This document shows positions 20,647 to 30,756 of a stretch of 41,062 bases of DNA, piece by piece; positions within the stretch are counted from its first letter, which is position 1; each line of letters opens with the position of its first letter. The DNA is from a virus (lineage: Duplodnaviria; Heunggongvirae; Uroviricota; Caudoviricetes). Both the position numbers and the translations under genes were made by a program. Where the stretch lies: positions 1 to 41,062 of the IMG/VR virus record IMGVR_UViG_2939177367_000003. One strand, given 5' to 3'. The notes under the pieces are model-generated. The model was not told the DNA's origin, ran no database searches, and saw only the letters and a program-made list of their open reading frames with translations.

Positions 20647-21829
20647 CGGAGGGTTTCGTGGTCATGTTCATCGGTGTGAGATAGACATCACCACCGGGTC
20701 GTGGATTCATATCTTCCAGGTCGCGGCAGTCATTGGGAGAGTAAATTCCCCAGTTGATCCCGGTGGCGTAGGCTTCAAAACGGGACTTCATATCCCCGCG
20801 CAGTAACGCCCCGGCGTTAAATTTGGCGTAATAAACGCCCTGCTTACTTTTTCGTACCAGTCCGGTGTTGATCCGCTGTTCGATGCGGGTCAGATACGGC
20901 ACCAGTGAATAGTTGATAAATCCCAGCCCCAGCTCTTCGATATTGTTGAAGGTGGCGCGATCGGTGTTCTGCACCATGTGCAACGGCACCCGGAACAGAC
21001 GACAGATTTCTTCAAGCTGAAACTTGCGGGTTTCCAGGAACTGGCTGTCCTCGGCGTTCAGCGCCATCGACTTCCAGTCCAGCCCCATCTCAAGGATCAT
21101 CGGGCGGTGAGCATTGCCAAGCCCGGTGTGACGCTCCTCAAAATCTTTCTTCAGGCGCTCATAAGCCTGATCTGACAGCGTCTGCTCTGTACGCAACACA
21201 CCCGACGTCACCGCGCCATTGCTGAACAGTCTGGCCCCGTGCTCTTCGGTCGCTGCCGCCAGCGATATTGCCTCGCGGGCATAGGCGATGGGATTCAGCC
21301 CCACCAGTCCGTCCAGCGTCAGCGTGCGCACATGCCAGATATCCTCCTGGCTCAGTACATCCGCGGAGCCATCCGGGAATGTGACCTGATAGATCGGCTC
21401 CCAGCTACTGTTAAGCTTCGGTACCACACAGCCGGGATCGACGGGCAGCAGTTCAGCCACTTCGCCAAATGCTTTCACTTTGTAGGCGTAAAAGTTTCCC
21501 CGCAGGCACAGACAGGTGACCACCAGCTCCCAGAACTCCTGCGGCGTCATATAGCCATTGGGATGCGTGGAGATCAGTTTATGCAGACGTTCGCCGGTGG
21601 CTCTCTGCTTCAGGCTGCCGTTCAGGTGATACAGATTGCAGGGCAACATCCCGACCGACTCTGCCAGCACTCTGACGCAGGAAAAAACCGCCGTCAGTCG
21701 CATGGCCCGCTGACTGCTGATCTGCTTTCCGGTATAGGTGTCGTAGGACAACCCGATGGCATCCGCCAGCTCTGCTGGCGTGGTCACCGGTGCGTCACTT
21801 TTTCGTTGAAATAATCCCGAAAAGAACAC
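20588..21829 (-). CDS. Portal protein (HK97 family)
   Basis: 413 aa; downstream of terminase large subunit. Confidence 0.75.
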   Translation of the reverse strand: MFFSGLFQRKSDAPVTTPAELADAIGLSYDTYTGKQISSQRAMRLTAVFSCVRVLAESVGMLPCNLYHLNGSLKQRATGERLHKLISTHPNGYMTPQEFWELVVTCLCLRGNFYAYKVKAFGEVAELLPVDPGCVVPKLNSSWEPIYQVTFPDGSADVLSQEDIWHVRTLTLDGLVGLNPIAYAREAISLAAATEEHGARLFSNGAVTSGVLRTEQTLSDQAYERLKKDFEERHTGLGNAHRPMILEMGLDWKSMALNAEDSQFLETRKFQLEEICRLFRVPLHMVQNTDRATFNNIEELGLGFINYSLVPYLTRIEQRINTGLVRKSKQGVYYAKFNAGALLRGDMKSRFEAYATGINWGIYSPNDCRDLEDMNPRPGGDVYLTPMNMTTKPSDGSKAGKQKDNANADETTS

Positions 21830-22011
21830 TATTTACCTCCACCAACAGACAGCTGTGTACGGTCGAGATATCGCGCTACCAGCCACGACCAGAACAGGCA
21901 CAACGCCCCGGCAACAACAAACCCCGCCGGGGGATAAATCAGCCAGGCACCATACGCCAGCAAAAGCGCCCCCAGCACGCCCACCAGAGGCGCGAGAATC
22001 AGCATGATCAT
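21829..22011 (-). CDS. Small hydrophobic membrane protein, unknown function
   Basis: 60 aa with two predicted TM helices, tightly packed between terminase large subunit and portal. Confidence 0.3.
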   Translation of the reverse strand: MIMLILAPLVGVLGALLLAYGAWLIYPPAGFVVAGALCLFWSWLVARYLDRTQLSVGGGK

Positions 22012-22022
22012 AATTACCTCAG

Positions 22023-23756
22023 TTAAAGCGAGCGGATCCCATAGGACTCAATGTGGTCAGACAGCGTGTCTTCTTTCTCGTACAGCATGGCTCTGCCAAC
22101 CGCCATAATCAGCGCAACTGCACCGTCAATTTTGTTTTCCGCCTGCTCTTTGACGGGTTTCACCACATCATCGTTACCCGGAATGGTTTTGCCGACCACA
22201 TTGCCGATACACCAGGTCATGATGGGATTGCCATCATGATGAAAGCGCCCCGATTCAATTGCCGCTTCCAGCTCTTTCATCGGGTCGGACATGTTGGTGT
22301 AGTTCTGAATGATAGTGACGGGATTCAGGTCTTCATCAGCAAGGTCATGTGACAACCCGGTCGCCCCGAAGGGGTCGATGGGTGACTCACTGACCGGGCT
22401 GATTTTGTTCGCCGCTTTGGCCTCCTCGAGGATGTAGCGATAATCCACCTCCGCACCATCGGTAACGGTCAGAACGCCCATTTCCACCCATTTCTGAAAG
22501 CGTTCGGCTGTCCGGCGATCTTCATTTTTCTCGACGCTGTACACCGTGTCATACGGTACCCAGAAGCGCGGAGCCACACTGTAGTAATGCGTTTTACCGT
22601 CAATCTCGCGGGTATAAAGTCGCGCCATGCTGTTCATATCCAGCTTACGCGCCAGGTCAAAGGCCAGAATGCACGGTTGCCCCTCGAACTGCTCAAGGGT
22701 CAGTGATTTATCCTCGCAGCTCTGCCAGCTCACCAGGTTGAAATACGCCGAACGCGCCGACACCCAGATATTGAGGTGTTTTGTTTTAAAGACGTTTGCC
22801 AGACGGGCGTTATTTTTCGCACGCTGCTGCTGACTTAACAAAAATTCGCGATAAACCGACACGCCAATATTCGGGTTAGCTTTTTCCAGCACCTGCGGGT
22901 CGGTCCAGTCATCACCTTCATCAACGGTATAGATGATCCCGAACAGTTCATCGTTGGGCACCGAGCCGTTGAGCATCTCGATGACTTCCCGCCGCTTGTC
23001 GTAGCACGGCCCCTCAATGTTGTACCCGGCAGTAGTAATGGCCCACATCAGTGGCTGACGTCGCGCCCCCATCCCGGTAAGCATCGTGGTGTAAAGCGCA
23101 TCGGTGGCGTGCTCGTGATATTCATCCACCACCGCACAGTGGGGTGATGATCCATCACCGGGGTTACCGATCAGCGGTTCAAACCGCGCGCCATCCTCCG
23201 GACGGTTCATGTTTGAGGCGTTAACCTCAATCCCGAACGCTTCCGTCAGCATGGGTGTGCGTTTACACATCAGTCGCGCCGGGCGAAAGACTTCCCACGC
23301 CTGTTTCTCTGTCGTGGCACCGGAATACACTTCCGCGCCAAACTCGTTATCACAGGCAAAACAATACAGGGCGACACCGGCAGAGATTGCCGATTTGCCG
23401 TTCTTACGGGGGATTTCGGTATACACCTCACGGAAGCGGCGCAGCCGGGAGCCTTTATTGACCCAGCCAAACGCGCAGCAGATCACAAAGAGCTGCCACG
23501 GCTCCAGCGTGATGGGCATCCTCTTAAATGCCCACTCACCCTTGGTGTGCGGCAACAGCTGAATAAATTTGGCGGCCCGTTCAGCCAGGTCCTTGTCGAA
23601 GCGGTAACGAAACGACTTACTTTTTTCCGCCATCAGGTCATCAAGATGGCGCTGGCAGGCCTGAATCACAAACTGGCAGGCCACAATCTTTCCGCGCACG
23701 ACATCACGGGCATACTGATTGGCAGCATTTACGTTGGGGTAAGATTTCCGGCTCAT
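22023..23756 (-). CDS. Terminase large subunit
   Basis: 577 aa; ATPase and nuclease region patterns; position ahead of portal. Confidence 0.85.
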   Translation of the reverse strand: MSRKSYPNVNAANQYARDVVRGKIVACQFVIQACQRHLDDLMAEKSKSFRYRFDKDLAERAAKFIQLLPHTKGEWAFKRMPITLEPWQLFVICCAFGWVNKGSRLRRFREVYTEIPRKNGKSAISAGVALYCFACDNEFGAEVYSGATTEKQAWEVFRPARLMCKRTPMLTEAFGIEVNASNMNRPEDGARFEPLIGNPGDGSSPHCAVVDEYHEHATDALYTTMLTGMGARRQPLMWAITTAGYNIEGPCYDKRREVIEMLNGSVPNDELFGIIYTVDEGDDWTDPQVLEKANPNIGVSVYREFLLSQQQRAKNNARLANVFKTKHLNIWVSARSAYFNLVSWQSCEDKSLTLEQFEGQPCILAFDLARKLDMNSMARLYTREIDGKTHYYSVAPRFWVPYDTVYSVEKNEDRRTAERFQKWVEMGVLTVTDGAEVDYRYILEEAKAANKISPVSESPIDPFGATGLSHDLADEDLNPVTIIQNYTNMSDPMKELEAAIESGRFHHDGNPIMTWCIGNVVGKTIPGNDDVVKPVKEQAENKIDGAVALIMAVGRAMLYEKEDTLSDHIESYGIRSL

Positions 23757-24256
23757 GACTCGATGATTTTCAGAAACGGGTTAGTTGCTTTTTTCTGCCC
23801 CGCCAGGCCAATCAGACGCTGGCGGCTGCTGGGGTCGAGTCCGAGCATTGCCCCCGTGCTGCTCATTTCGGACTCCTGTTCTTTTTTGGCGGTCAGCTCC
23901 GGATTTTTGACCATGCCGCCCATTGCACCGGTGATGGTGTTGCCATGTCTGGCAATATTTTTCACGGCACGTCGCCAGAACTCATAGGCCACGCACCACC
24001 GCTCAAGTACCGCCAGGTCAGTCACGCACAGCAGGCCCTGACCGCAGAGTTCTTTGGTTGTCAGTTGCCACATGATCGTGGCGAGAGGGAGATCTTCTTC
24101 TGCGAACCACTCCGGTGGCTCAACACCTTTGATGGGCGTAAAAACAGGTTCATCTTTGTTCAGGGCTCGCTTGCCGGGGTTTCCGGCCAGCGCCTTGCGC
24201 GCCGTTGGCTTGGGGCGACGCCCGGAACGCCCCGCCGTTCCAGCCATATGCGGCAC
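23753..24256 (-). CDS. Terminase small subunit (P27-family-like)
   Basis: 167 aa; overlaps terminase large start; C-terminal [14 protein letters not shown] motif. Confidence 0.65.
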   Translation of the reverse strand: MPHMAGTAGRSGRRPKPTARKALAGNPGKRALNKDEPVFTPIKGVEPPEWFAEEDLPLATIMWQLTTKELCGQGLLCVTDLAVLERWCVAYEFWRRAVKNIARHGNTITGAMGGMVKNPELTAKKEQESEMSSTGAMLGLDPSSRQRLIGLAGQKKATNPFLKIIES

Positions 24257-24372
24257 TCCTGGTTAAATTTCATTTTTCGCGGGTATAAAAAAACGATGGG
24301 GCGGGCAGTCCGGAAGACGTCAGGTCACAGGGATTTGACCCGCCCCTCCCCTCTGGCAGTGGGAACTAGTTC

Positions 24373-24723
24373 TTACTTCAACCGTTCACGGGCCGTCTTC
24401 GCCTTATGACACGGCCAGCACAGACTCTGCAAATTACTGTCGGCATCAGTGCCGCCATGTGCTTTAGGGATGATGTGGTCAACGGTTTTCGCCTCGCGCA
24501 CCACACCGGCACGCAAACACAACTGACACAGGCCTTTGTCACGCTTCAGCACACGCGCGCGGATAACGTCCCACTTCGAACCATAACCGCGCTGGTGACG
24601 GGACTGACCTGGCTTGTATTGCCTCCAGCCTTCGCTTTTGTGGCTTTCACAATAGCCTGACGGATCTGTGGTGGTATGGCGGCAACCGCGAACACGGCAG
24701 GCTTTTGGGATTCGTGGCGGCAT
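24373..24723 (-). CDS. HNH endonuclease (terminase-associated)
   Basis: Cys/His motif ...HIIPKAHGGTDADSNLQSLCWPCHKAKT; just upstream of the terminase genes. Confidence 0.8.
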   Translation of the reverse strand: MPPRIPKACRVRGCRHTTTDPSGYCESHKSEGWRQYKPGQSRHQRGYGSKWDVIRARVLKRDKGLCQLCLRAGVVREAKTVDHIIPKAHGGTDADSNLQSLCWPCHKAKTARERLK

Positions 24724-24949
24724 ATGTACTAATCTCCGATTTATCCAAATTTCACTGCCATAATGCCGACATTCTCTGCCATTATTGGCTCCGTTTATCC
24801 GTTAAAAGGGATATCAGTTAAGTTATCCCGTGCAGGGTATAAGCCATTGTCGAGACCACTCATTGAATGGCCTCTGCAATAACCGATGTCTTTCCATCAG
24901 TCCGCCACCACAAAGAATCTTTTTTGCCATCAGGCAGGAGGTTCATCTT

Positions 24950-25213
24950 TCAGTGGCTGCCAGTGTTATTTCCCCACTTTCTGGCTTGGGTTGTTTCGAA
25001 GTACTGCCGTAATGCAAAAAAACTGGCTTGGGCGCCGCGCTCAGTAAAAACCACAGATTCGTGGTTTTTCTCCAGCTCGGCTAAGAACTCTTTGGTCTGC
25101 TCATCGATATAATAAGCCGACGCAAAATTGCGTTGGCTAAACTCACGCGAGCAATCATCCTTAACCTGCTCGATTTTTCTGAGAACATCACCGTTGGGCT
25201 TTGGAATGGTCAC
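24950..25213 (-). CDS. Hypothetical protein
   Basis: 87 aa ORF translationally coupled to the Rha-family gene; no recognisable motif. Confidence 0.3.
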   Translation of the reverse strand: MTIPKPNGDVLRKIEQVKDDCSREFSQRNFASAYYIDEQTKEFLAELEKNHESVVFTERGAQASFFALRQYFETTQARKWGNNTGSH

Positions 25214-25728
25214 TTTGGCAGTCCGGGGATCGATATTTGCGCCTGCTGCTCAAGCCTTTCGATTCTTGCTATGAGTTGCGGTTTTTTGATCCTGCCCCAG
25301 CGGTTCAGCAAGCGTCCTGACATACTGGCAACATCCTTTTCCTTCATGAACTCCAGCATTAACTCGTTGTGCTCTCTTTGGTATGAGTGAGCCATCTCCA
25401 TCAGCCTGTCACGCATCCAATTAAATGCTTTGATAAACGCCTCTTTGATGGCGGCAGCTTTTTTGCCGGTAAACGACATGATGATGTACATCGCACCGTC
25501 TTTGGAAATTTCATATTCAACATACTGATTACCCTTGTGTTCATAGGTAACCCGCGAAAAGTTGCTGGTTAGAAATTCATCCGAACAGTCTAGCTTTTCG
25601 ATTTTCTGAATGATGTGGTGATGCTGCTTGTCGAAGTAAGCTGCTACCTTGCGGGAGGTTGTGATCACGCGATCACCAGAAACAACCACCATGTCCCGGA
25701 AATCGAGATTAGCCAATTGATGATTCAT
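25210..25728 (-). CDS. Rha-family phage regulatory protein
   Basis: N-terminal MNHQLANLDFRDMVVVSGDRVITTSRKVAAYFDKQHHHIIQKIEKL is the Rha signature; start set at the internal Met. Confidence 0.6.
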   Translation of the reverse strand: MNHQLANLDFRDMVVVSGDRVITTSRKVAAYFDKQHHHIIQKIEKLDCSDEFLTSNFSRVTYEHKGNQYVEYEISKDGAMYIIMSFTGKKAAAIKEAFIKAFNWMRDRLMEMAHSYQREHNELMLEFMKEKDVASMSGRLLNRWGRIKKPQLIARIERLEQQAQISIPGLPK

Positions 25729-25875
25729 TGCGTCTTTACCTTTTAGAAAGTGAGCCTGTCTCACAGAAAAGCCGCCCCGAGATGGTCGCCACCATATACG
25801 GCAGTTCTCAGGCTCAACTTTCTGAAAGGCTCGGGTGATGTAATATGCGCGTGAGATGCGCTGTGAAATTCAGAT

Positions 25876-25901
25876 GTAAAAAAGCCCCGCATCGCGAGGC
25901 T
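25876..25901 (-). terminator. Rho-independent terminator after the lysis cassette
   Basis: GC-rich hairpin (AGCCCCGC / GCGAGGCT, 3-nt loop) followed on the minus strand by a run of six U. Confidence 0.5.
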
Positions 25902-25932
25902 CATTAAATTGACTTTGTGATTTGCAAAAAAA

Positions 25933-26370
25933 TTATTTCAGGCATTGCGTCCTGATGTACTCCTGCAGGTAGTTAACCTGCGCGGTTATCTTGTCGATTC
26001 CACTTCGGAGACGGTAATAATTGAGTTCAGCATCTGCTGTAAGTCTTGGGCTTTCTCCATCGCCCATGCTGCTGGCTCCGGTCGTTGACTTTGCACAGGT
26101 GGCGGCGACTTGCAGGCGCTTACGACCAGCAGAAACATCAGCACGGAGACTTTCGATAGTCGCGTTAGCATCAGCAAGCTCCTTTGTGTATCTGGCGTCG
26201 AGTTCTGCTACATCACGTTGACGCTTCTGCATATCAGCGATGATGGATGCGGCTTTATCGCGCTGCTCTTTGTAGGCGATGGCATTATCACGGTAATGAT
26301 TAACAGCCCATGACAGGCAGACGATGATGCAGATAACCAGAGCGGAAATAATCGCGGTGACTCTGCTCAT
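25933..26370 (-). CDS. Rz-like i-spanin
   Basis: N-terminal TM helix, then coiled-coil periplasmic domain; follows endolysin. Confidence 0.75.
   Translation of the reverse strand: MSRVTAIISALVICIIVCLSWAVNHYRDNAIAYKEQRDKAASIIADMQKRQRDVAELDARYTKELADANATIESLRADVSAGRKRLQVAATCAKSTTGASSMGDGESPRLTADAELNYYRLRSGIDKITAQVNYLQEYIRTQCLK
25986..26177 (-). CDS. Rz1-like o-spanin lipoprotein, embedded in Rz in the +1 frame
   Basis: Signal peptide with lipobox VSAC and Pro-rich mature region ([16 protein letters not shown]). Confidence 0.55.
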   Translation of the reverse strand: MLMLTRLSKVSVLMFLLVVSACKSPPPVQSQRPEPAAWAMEKAQDLQQMLNSIITVSEVESTR

Positions 26371-26843
26371 ACCTCAATCTCTCTGACCGTTCCGCCCGCT
26401 TCTTTAAATTTTGTAATCAGGCTGTCAGCCTTATGCTCGAACTGACCATAACCAGCGCCCGGCAGTGAAGCCCAGATATTGCTGCAACGGTCGATTGCCT
26501 GACGGATATCACCGCGATCGATCATGGGTAAAGCGCCACGCTCTTTAATCTGCTGCAGTGCAACAGCGTCCTGGCTTTTCGGAGAGAAGTCTTTCAGGCC
26601 AAGCTGCTTGCGGTAGGCATCCCACCAACGGGAAAGAAGCTGGTAACGTCCGGCGGCTGTTGATTTGAGTTTTGGGTTTAGCGTGACAAGTTTGCGAGGG
26701 TGATCTGAGTAATCAGTGAATAGCTCTCCGCCAACAATGACGTCATAACCATGATTTCTGGTTTTCTGTCGTCCGTTATCAGTCCCCTCTGACCACGCCA
26801 GCATATCGAGGAACGCCTTACGTTGATTATTGATTTCCACCAT
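26367..26843 (-). CDS. R: Endolysin, lambda R-type lytic transglycosylase
   Basis: Translation [51 protein letters not shown]... essentially identical to lambda R as recalled. Confidence 0.9.
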   Translation of the reverse strand: MVEINNQRKAFLDMLAWSEGTDNGRQKTRNHGYDVIVGGELFTDYSDHPRKLVTLNPKLKSTAAGRYQLLSRWWDAYRKQLGLKDFSPKSQDAVALQQIKERGALPMIDRGDIRQAIDRCSNIWASLPGAGYGQFEHKADSLITKFKEAGGTVREIEV

Positions 26844-27150
26844 CTTCTACTCCGGCTTTTTTAGCAGCGAAGCGTTTGATAAGCGAACCAATCGAGTCAG
26901 TACCGATGTAGCCGATGAACACGCTCATTATATAAGCGAGATTGCTACTTAGTCCGGCGAAGTCGAGAAGGTCACGAATGAACCAGGCGATAATGGCGCA
27001 CATCGTTGCGTCGATTACTGTTTTTGTAAACGCACCGCCATTATATCTGCCGCGAAGGTACGCCATTGCAAACGCAAGGATTGCCCCGATGCCTTGTTCC
27101 TTTGCCGCGAGAATGGCGGCTAACAGGTCATGTTTTTCTGGCATCTTCAT
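26827..27150 (-). CDS. S: Holin, lambda S-type (dual start MKMPEK)
   Basis: Translation [62 protein letters not shown]... matches lambda S. Confidence 0.9.
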   Translation of the reverse strand: MKMPEKHDLLAAILAAKEQGIGAILAFAMAYLRGRYNGGAFTKTVIDATMCAIIAWFIRDLLDFAGLSSNLAYIMSVFIGYIGTDSIGSLIKRFAAKKAGVEDGGNQ

Positions 27151-27439
27151 GTCTTACCCCCAATAAGGGGATTTGCTCTATTTAATTAGGAATAAGGTCG
27201 ATTACTGATAGAACAAATCCAGGCTACTGTGTTTAGTAATCAGATTTGTTCGTGACCGATATGCACGGGCAAAACGGCAGGAGGTTGTTAGCGCAGCCTC
27301 TTGCCACCCGCCTTCACGAAGCCAGCCATTGCGCTGGTTTTCTTTTATGCAAAGCACACCGCACCGTAGCCACAGCGGATAAGGTGATTATTTTTGTCTG
27401 TCTGGTATTTGGTTTGATGTGCTTTCAGAAAGGCCGTGC

Positions 27440-27477
27440 TTAAAACGCAAAAAGCCCCGAGCTATTAACTCAGGGCT
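27440..27477 (-). terminator. tR'-like terminator of the short pR' leader transcript
   Basis: Hairpin AGCCCCGAG / CTCAGGGCT followed on the minus strand by UUUUUGCGUUUU. Confidence 0.5.
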
Positions 27478-27512
27478 TTATTTAACGAGTGCATTTATCC
27501 ATCGTTAGGTCA

Positions 27513-27541
27513 AATTTACCCAACTTTATTCAAAAAGTCAA
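27513..27541 (-). promoter_or_regulatory. Late promoter pR' (-35 TTGACT, 17-bp spacer, -10 TAAATT)
   Basis: Minus-strand sequence ATATTGACTTTTTGAATAAAGTTGGGTAAATTTGAC matches the lambda pR' region as recalled; lies between Q and S. Confidence 0.6.
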
Positions 27542-27583
27542 TATTATGCCGTTAATATGTTGCCATCCGTGGCAATCATGCTG

Positions 27584-28207
27584 CTAACGTGTGACCGCGT
27601 TCAAAATGTTGTCTGCAATTGACTCTTCCTTGTGGCATTGCACCACCAGAGCGTCATACAGCGGCTTAACAGTGCGTGACCAGGTGGGTTGAGTAAGGTT
27701 TGGGATTAGCATCGTTACAGCGCGATATGCGGCGCTTGCTGGCATTCTTGAATAGCCGACACCTTTGCATCTTCCGCACTCTTTCTCGACAACTCTCCCC
27801 CACTGCTCTGTTTTGGCAATATCAACCGCCCGACCTGTACCGTGGCAATCCCTGCATCTTGCGCCCGGCGTCGCGGCACTACGGCAATAATCCGCATAAG
27901 CGAATGTTGCGAGCACTTGCAGTACCTTTGCCTTAGTATTTCCTTCAAGCTTTGCCACACCACGGTATTTCCCCGATACCTTGTGTGCAAATTGCATCAG
28001 ATAGTTGATAGCCTTTTGTTTGTCGTTCTGGCTGAGTTCATGCTTACCGCAGAATGCAGCCATCCCGAATCCGGCCTGTGATTGTGCCATCCCCATAGCA
28101 GCCATCACATCAGTACCGGAAAGAGAGTCAGAAGCCGTAGCCCGTGGTGAGTCGCTCATCATCGGGCTTTTTGGCGAATGAAATTTAGCTACGCTTTCGA
28201 GTCTCAT
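27584..28207 (-). CDS. Q: Late-gene antiterminator Q (lambda Q-type)
   Basis: Translation MRLESVAKFHSPKSPMMSDSPRATASDSLSGTDVMAAMGMAQSQAGFGMAAFCGKHE... matches lambda Q, including zinc-binding Cys cluster. Confidence 0.9.
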   Translation of the reverse strand: MRLESVAKFHSPKSPMMSDSPRATASDSLSGTDVMAAMGMAQSQAGFGMAAFCGKHELSQNDKQKAINYLMQFAHKVSGKYRGVAKLEGNTKAKVLQVLATFAYADYCRSAATPGARCRDCHGTGRAVDIAKTEQWGRVVEKECGRCKGVGYSRMPASAAYRAVTMLIPNLTQPTWSRTVKPLYDALVVQCHKEESIADNILNAVTR

Positions 28208-28392
28208 GGCCTTCCCCTTTTGCCCTGTTTGACCATCAGGACGCCGTTAACTATTACGTGACGCTCGCCTTTGCTGTCTCGGTTGTACTTGAGCACTGTT
28301 CCTCTTGCGCAGGAAAGCATCCTCGCCACTTCGGTCTGATTGCCTCGTGTCTGGATAAGAAGCTCTGGTATCGTTTGAATTGTGGCGTTCAT
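28204..28392 (-). CDS. ninH: NinH-like small DNA-binding protein
   Basis: Motif GNQTEVARMLSCARGTVLKYNRD resembles lambda NinH (GNQTEVARRLKCSRGTVRKY). Confidence 0.55.
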   Translation of the reverse strand: MNATIQTIPELLIQTRGNQTEVARMLSCARGTVLKYNRDSKGERHVIVNGVLMVKQGKRGRP

Positions 28393-28751
28393 GCGTTCTC
28401 CAGTTCGGTGATTTTTATTCCAAGCCTTCCGCCTGGTACTTTCACACCACGAATTACGCGAATGTCATCGAATTGCTCGTCGTCTTCCGCAAATCCGGCG
28501 TGGATAAGGGAGTCGAGTAAACCCTTCAGGATGTTATCGAGGTCGCGGCGGCGGGAGTCTGGAACGTCTGCGATGACTTTGATGCGGAGTCTTGATTTGG
28601 TGAAAATGTCTAACTTGAGTTGGCGGATGATTTGCTGAACGTCTTTTCGGTATTTCTGGCCTTTATCGCTGATGTAGTATTGGCTTCCCCGTCTTCGCCA
28701 GTAGGTGTTCACAGACGGCGGGTACGGAAGCACAAACTGATATTCGTTCAT
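28389..28751 (-). CDS. rusA: Holliday-junction resolvase RusA
   Basis: PDSRRRDLDNILKGLLDSL...DDIRVIRGVK motifs match RusA. Confidence 0.8.
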   Translation of the reverse strand: MNEYQFVLPYPPSVNTYWRRRGSQYYISDKGQKYRKDVQQIIRQLKLDIFTKSRLRIKVIADVPDSRRRDLDNILKGLLDSLIHAGFAEDDEQFDDIRVIRGVKVPGGRLGIKITELENA

Positions 28752-29038
28752 GGTTTAATCTTCCCCTCCTTCAGCAGTATCGCCTGCGTCCTGATCACGC
28801 CTTCGAGGTGGTAAAGTCTGGCGTCTTTGTTGTCGAGGTTATGGGTGCGTCGGTCGATCTCCGCGTGGCAGTCGCTACAAGCCCATGCGCCGATCAGGTC
28901 GTCAGGCTTCATCCCCGTTCCGCAAATTCCAGCCATCCGGTAATGTGCCAGAACTGTAGTTTCAGGATTGCCATTGCATACGCCGTAAATACGTACCTGG
29001 CATTCTCTGCCGCGCGCTTCTTTGCGTAGGTTAGCCAT
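28748..29038 (-). CDS. DUF1364 / YbcO-like nin-region protein
   Basis: 96 aa Cys/His-rich protein in the expected nin position. Confidence 0.5.
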   Translation of the reverse strand: MANLRKEARGRECQVRIYGVCNGNPETTVLAHYRMAGICGTGMKPDDLIGAWACSDCHAEIDRRTHNLDNKDARLYHLEGVIRTQAILLKEGKIKP

Positions 29039-29760
29039 TAAGCAGCCTCCCCTGTTACTTTCAGCATTCCGTTATCGAGCAGCTTTCTGGTCAGCCACTG
29101 TTGACCACGCCCGGTGATTTTTGTGGTGAACGATATCTGTATTCCGTGATTTGTATTGACCGCTGTTTCTTTCACTGTGAAATAGCCGCGATCCATATAT
29201 TCCTGCATTGGCACATTGCGCCGGGAACCTGAAGCAATAAGGATTTTGTGATCGCGCATCCACGCAAACAGTTTGTTTGGACCAATACCAACAACCTTTG
29301 CAAAGTTTCCAATCAAAATTCCGCTGGCCTCGCCAACGCGATCGGCAAACTCAACTTTAGGTGCGGCAATTGCGAGCTGGTTTTCCAGTTGCATTTTCTG
29401 CTCAGCAAGATCAGCAGCAAGGCGCAACGCTTCCGGTAACGTTTTTGGGATATTAACCGCAGTTTCTTCAAGCTCTCGCCAACGGTCAACAAGACGAGCG
29501 GTGAACTCTGGCGACAACTGGGCAACAACGACAATACTGTCTCGCTTACCTTGTTCGCCCTCGAAGACGTAATGCTCGTACTGAACACTGAACCCTAAGT
29601 TATTGATTCTTTCGGAAACCTCAATTTGAGGAAGCCGGATAACACCATTTTTAGCCAGCGTTTCGATGGTACGTTTCACATTGTCATGACGCTTACCCAC
29701 CAACTCAGCGATTTCAATGCTTGTCATTTTGATGGCATTGCCATTTATTAACTCATTCAT
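29038..29760 (-). CDS. Antirepressor (N-terminal Rha-like plus C-terminal KilAC/ANT domain)
   Basis: N-terminal MTSIEIAELVGKRHDNVKRTIETL; C-terminal FADRVGEASGILIGNFAKVVGIGPNKLFAWMRDHKIL typical of ANT domain. Confidence 0.65.
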   Translation of the reverse strand: MNELINGNAIKMTSIEIAELVGKRHDNVKRTIETLAKNGVIRLPQIEVSERINNLGFSVQYEHYVFEGEQGKRDSIVVVAQLSPEFTARLVDRWRELEETAVNIPKTLPEALRLAADLAEQKMQLENQLAIAAPKVEFADRVGEASGILIGNFAKVVGIGPNKLFAWMRDHKILIASGSRRNVPMQEYMDRGYFTVKETAVNTNHGIQISFTTKITGRGQQWLTRKLLDNGMLKVTGEAA

Positions 29761-29965
29761 CGTCTTCTTCCTCGTACATTGAGCTATTCGGATCGCTCAT
29801 CAGTTCTGCGCAGCAGTGCTCACACACGTGAACTTCCAGCACATGCAGCTTCTGACCGCAGTTAGCGCACGTTAAAGCCCGATCGACGCTTTCTTGTTCG
29901 TAACTTCGATTTGGGTCAATCACCTTGTATTCCTCGCACGATTTCTTAGCCACCGGATATCCCAC
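29753..29965 (-). CDS. Small Cys-rich (zinc-ribbon-like) protein, possibly NinF-like
   Basis: CANCGQ...CEHCC motif; acidic C-terminus. Confidence 0.3.
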   Translation of the reverse strand: MGYPVAKKSCEEYKVIDPNRSYEQESVDRALTCANCGQKLHVLEVHVCEHCCAELMSDPNSSMYEEEDDE

Positions 29966-30102
29966 AGGTGAGCCGTGTAGTTGAAGGTTTTTACGTCAGA
30001 TTCTTTTGGGATTGACTTGCGTTTATTTCTGGAGCGTTTCGTTGGAAGGTATTTGCAGTTTTCACAGATTATGTCGGTGATACTTCGTCGCTGTCTCGCC
30101 AC
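29920..30102 (-). CDS. ninE: NinE-like protein (probable GTG start)
   Basis: [51 protein letters not shown] matches lambda NinE as recalled; GGAGG RBS before GTG. Confidence 0.55.
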   Translation of the reverse strand: MARQRRSITDIICENCKYLPTKRSRNKRKSIPKESDVKTFNYTAHLWDIRWLRNRARNTR

Positions 30103-30242
30103 ACGTCCTCCTTTTCCTGCGGTAGTGGCAACACCCATGTTGGTGTTCTTTCACACCGGAGACACCATCGATTCCAGTAAGGTTGATTTGGTCGGAAGCG
30201 GTTATCTTCTTTGCATTCACCGCACCGATAACATCGCATCAT
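30069..30242 (-). CDS. NinD-like zinc-ribbon protein
   Basis: [36 protein letters not shown]; start taken at the internal Met pair. Confidence 0.4.
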   Translation of the reverse strand: MMRCYRCGECKEDNRFRPNQPYWNRWCLRCERTPTWVLPLPQEKEDVWRDSDEVSPT

Positions 30243-30679
30243 GCTGCCCGATCTCCCCATCGCGCTTTCCATTCGAGAGCCAGTCGCGCTTCGTCTGACC
30301 ACTTAACGCCACGCTCTGTACCGAATGCCTGTATAAGCTCTAATAGCTCCGCAAATTCGCCTACACGCATCCTGCTGGTTGACTGGCCTATTACCACAAA
30401 GCCATTCCCGGCAAGGTTAGGAACAACATCCTGCTGCTTTAATGCTGCGGTAAACACACACTTCCAGCTTTCTGCATCCAGCCAGCGACCATGCCATTCA
30501 ACCTGACGAGAGACGTCACCTAAGCAGGCCCATAGCTTCCTGTTTTGGTCTAAGCTGCGGTTGCGTTCCTGAATGGTTACTACGATTGGTTTGGTTGGGT
30601 CTGGAAGAATTTGCTGTACTGCGTGAATAGCGTTTTGCTGATGTGCTGGAGATCGAATTTCAAAGGTTAGTTTTTTCAT
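30239..30679 (-). CDS. ninB: NinB (Orf-family recombination mediator)
   Basis: [59 protein letters not shown]... matches lambda NinB. Confidence 0.85.
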   Translation of the reverse strand: MKKLTFEIRSPAHQQNAIHAVQQILPDPTKPIVVTIQERNRSLDQNRKLWACLGDVSRQVEWHGRWLDAESWKCVFTAALKQQDVVPNLAGNGFVVIGQSTSRMRVGEFAELLELIQAFGTERGVKWSDEARLALEWKARWGDRAA

Positions 30680-30688
30680 GACTTCCCT

Positions 30689-30722
30689 CTCCCCCAAATA
30701 AAAAGGCCTGCGATTACCAGCA
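30689..30722 (-). terminator. tR2-like rho-independent terminator between replication and nin genes
   Basis: Minus-strand hairpin CAGGCCTGC-TGGTAATC-GCAGGCCT followed by UUUUUAUUU. Confidence 0.6.
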
Positions 30723-30756
30723 GGCCTGTTATTAGCTCAGTGATGTAGATGGTCAT

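Noticed and set aside
7208-24266. Numerous + strand ORFs of 60-190 aa across the structural region
   Set aside because: All lie antisense to, and fully within, the long co-directional minus-strand phage genes with clear synteny; high GC content inflates spurious antisense ORFs.
24830-25112. Two + strand ORFs (60 and 81 aa) near the HNH / Rha region
   Set aside because: Overlap the minus-strand 87-aa gene, lack RBS, and run against local transcription.
28258-30506. + strand ORFs across the nin region
   Set aside because: Antisense to recognised nin genes (NinH, RusA, ANT, NinE, NinB); Ser/Arg-rich translations.
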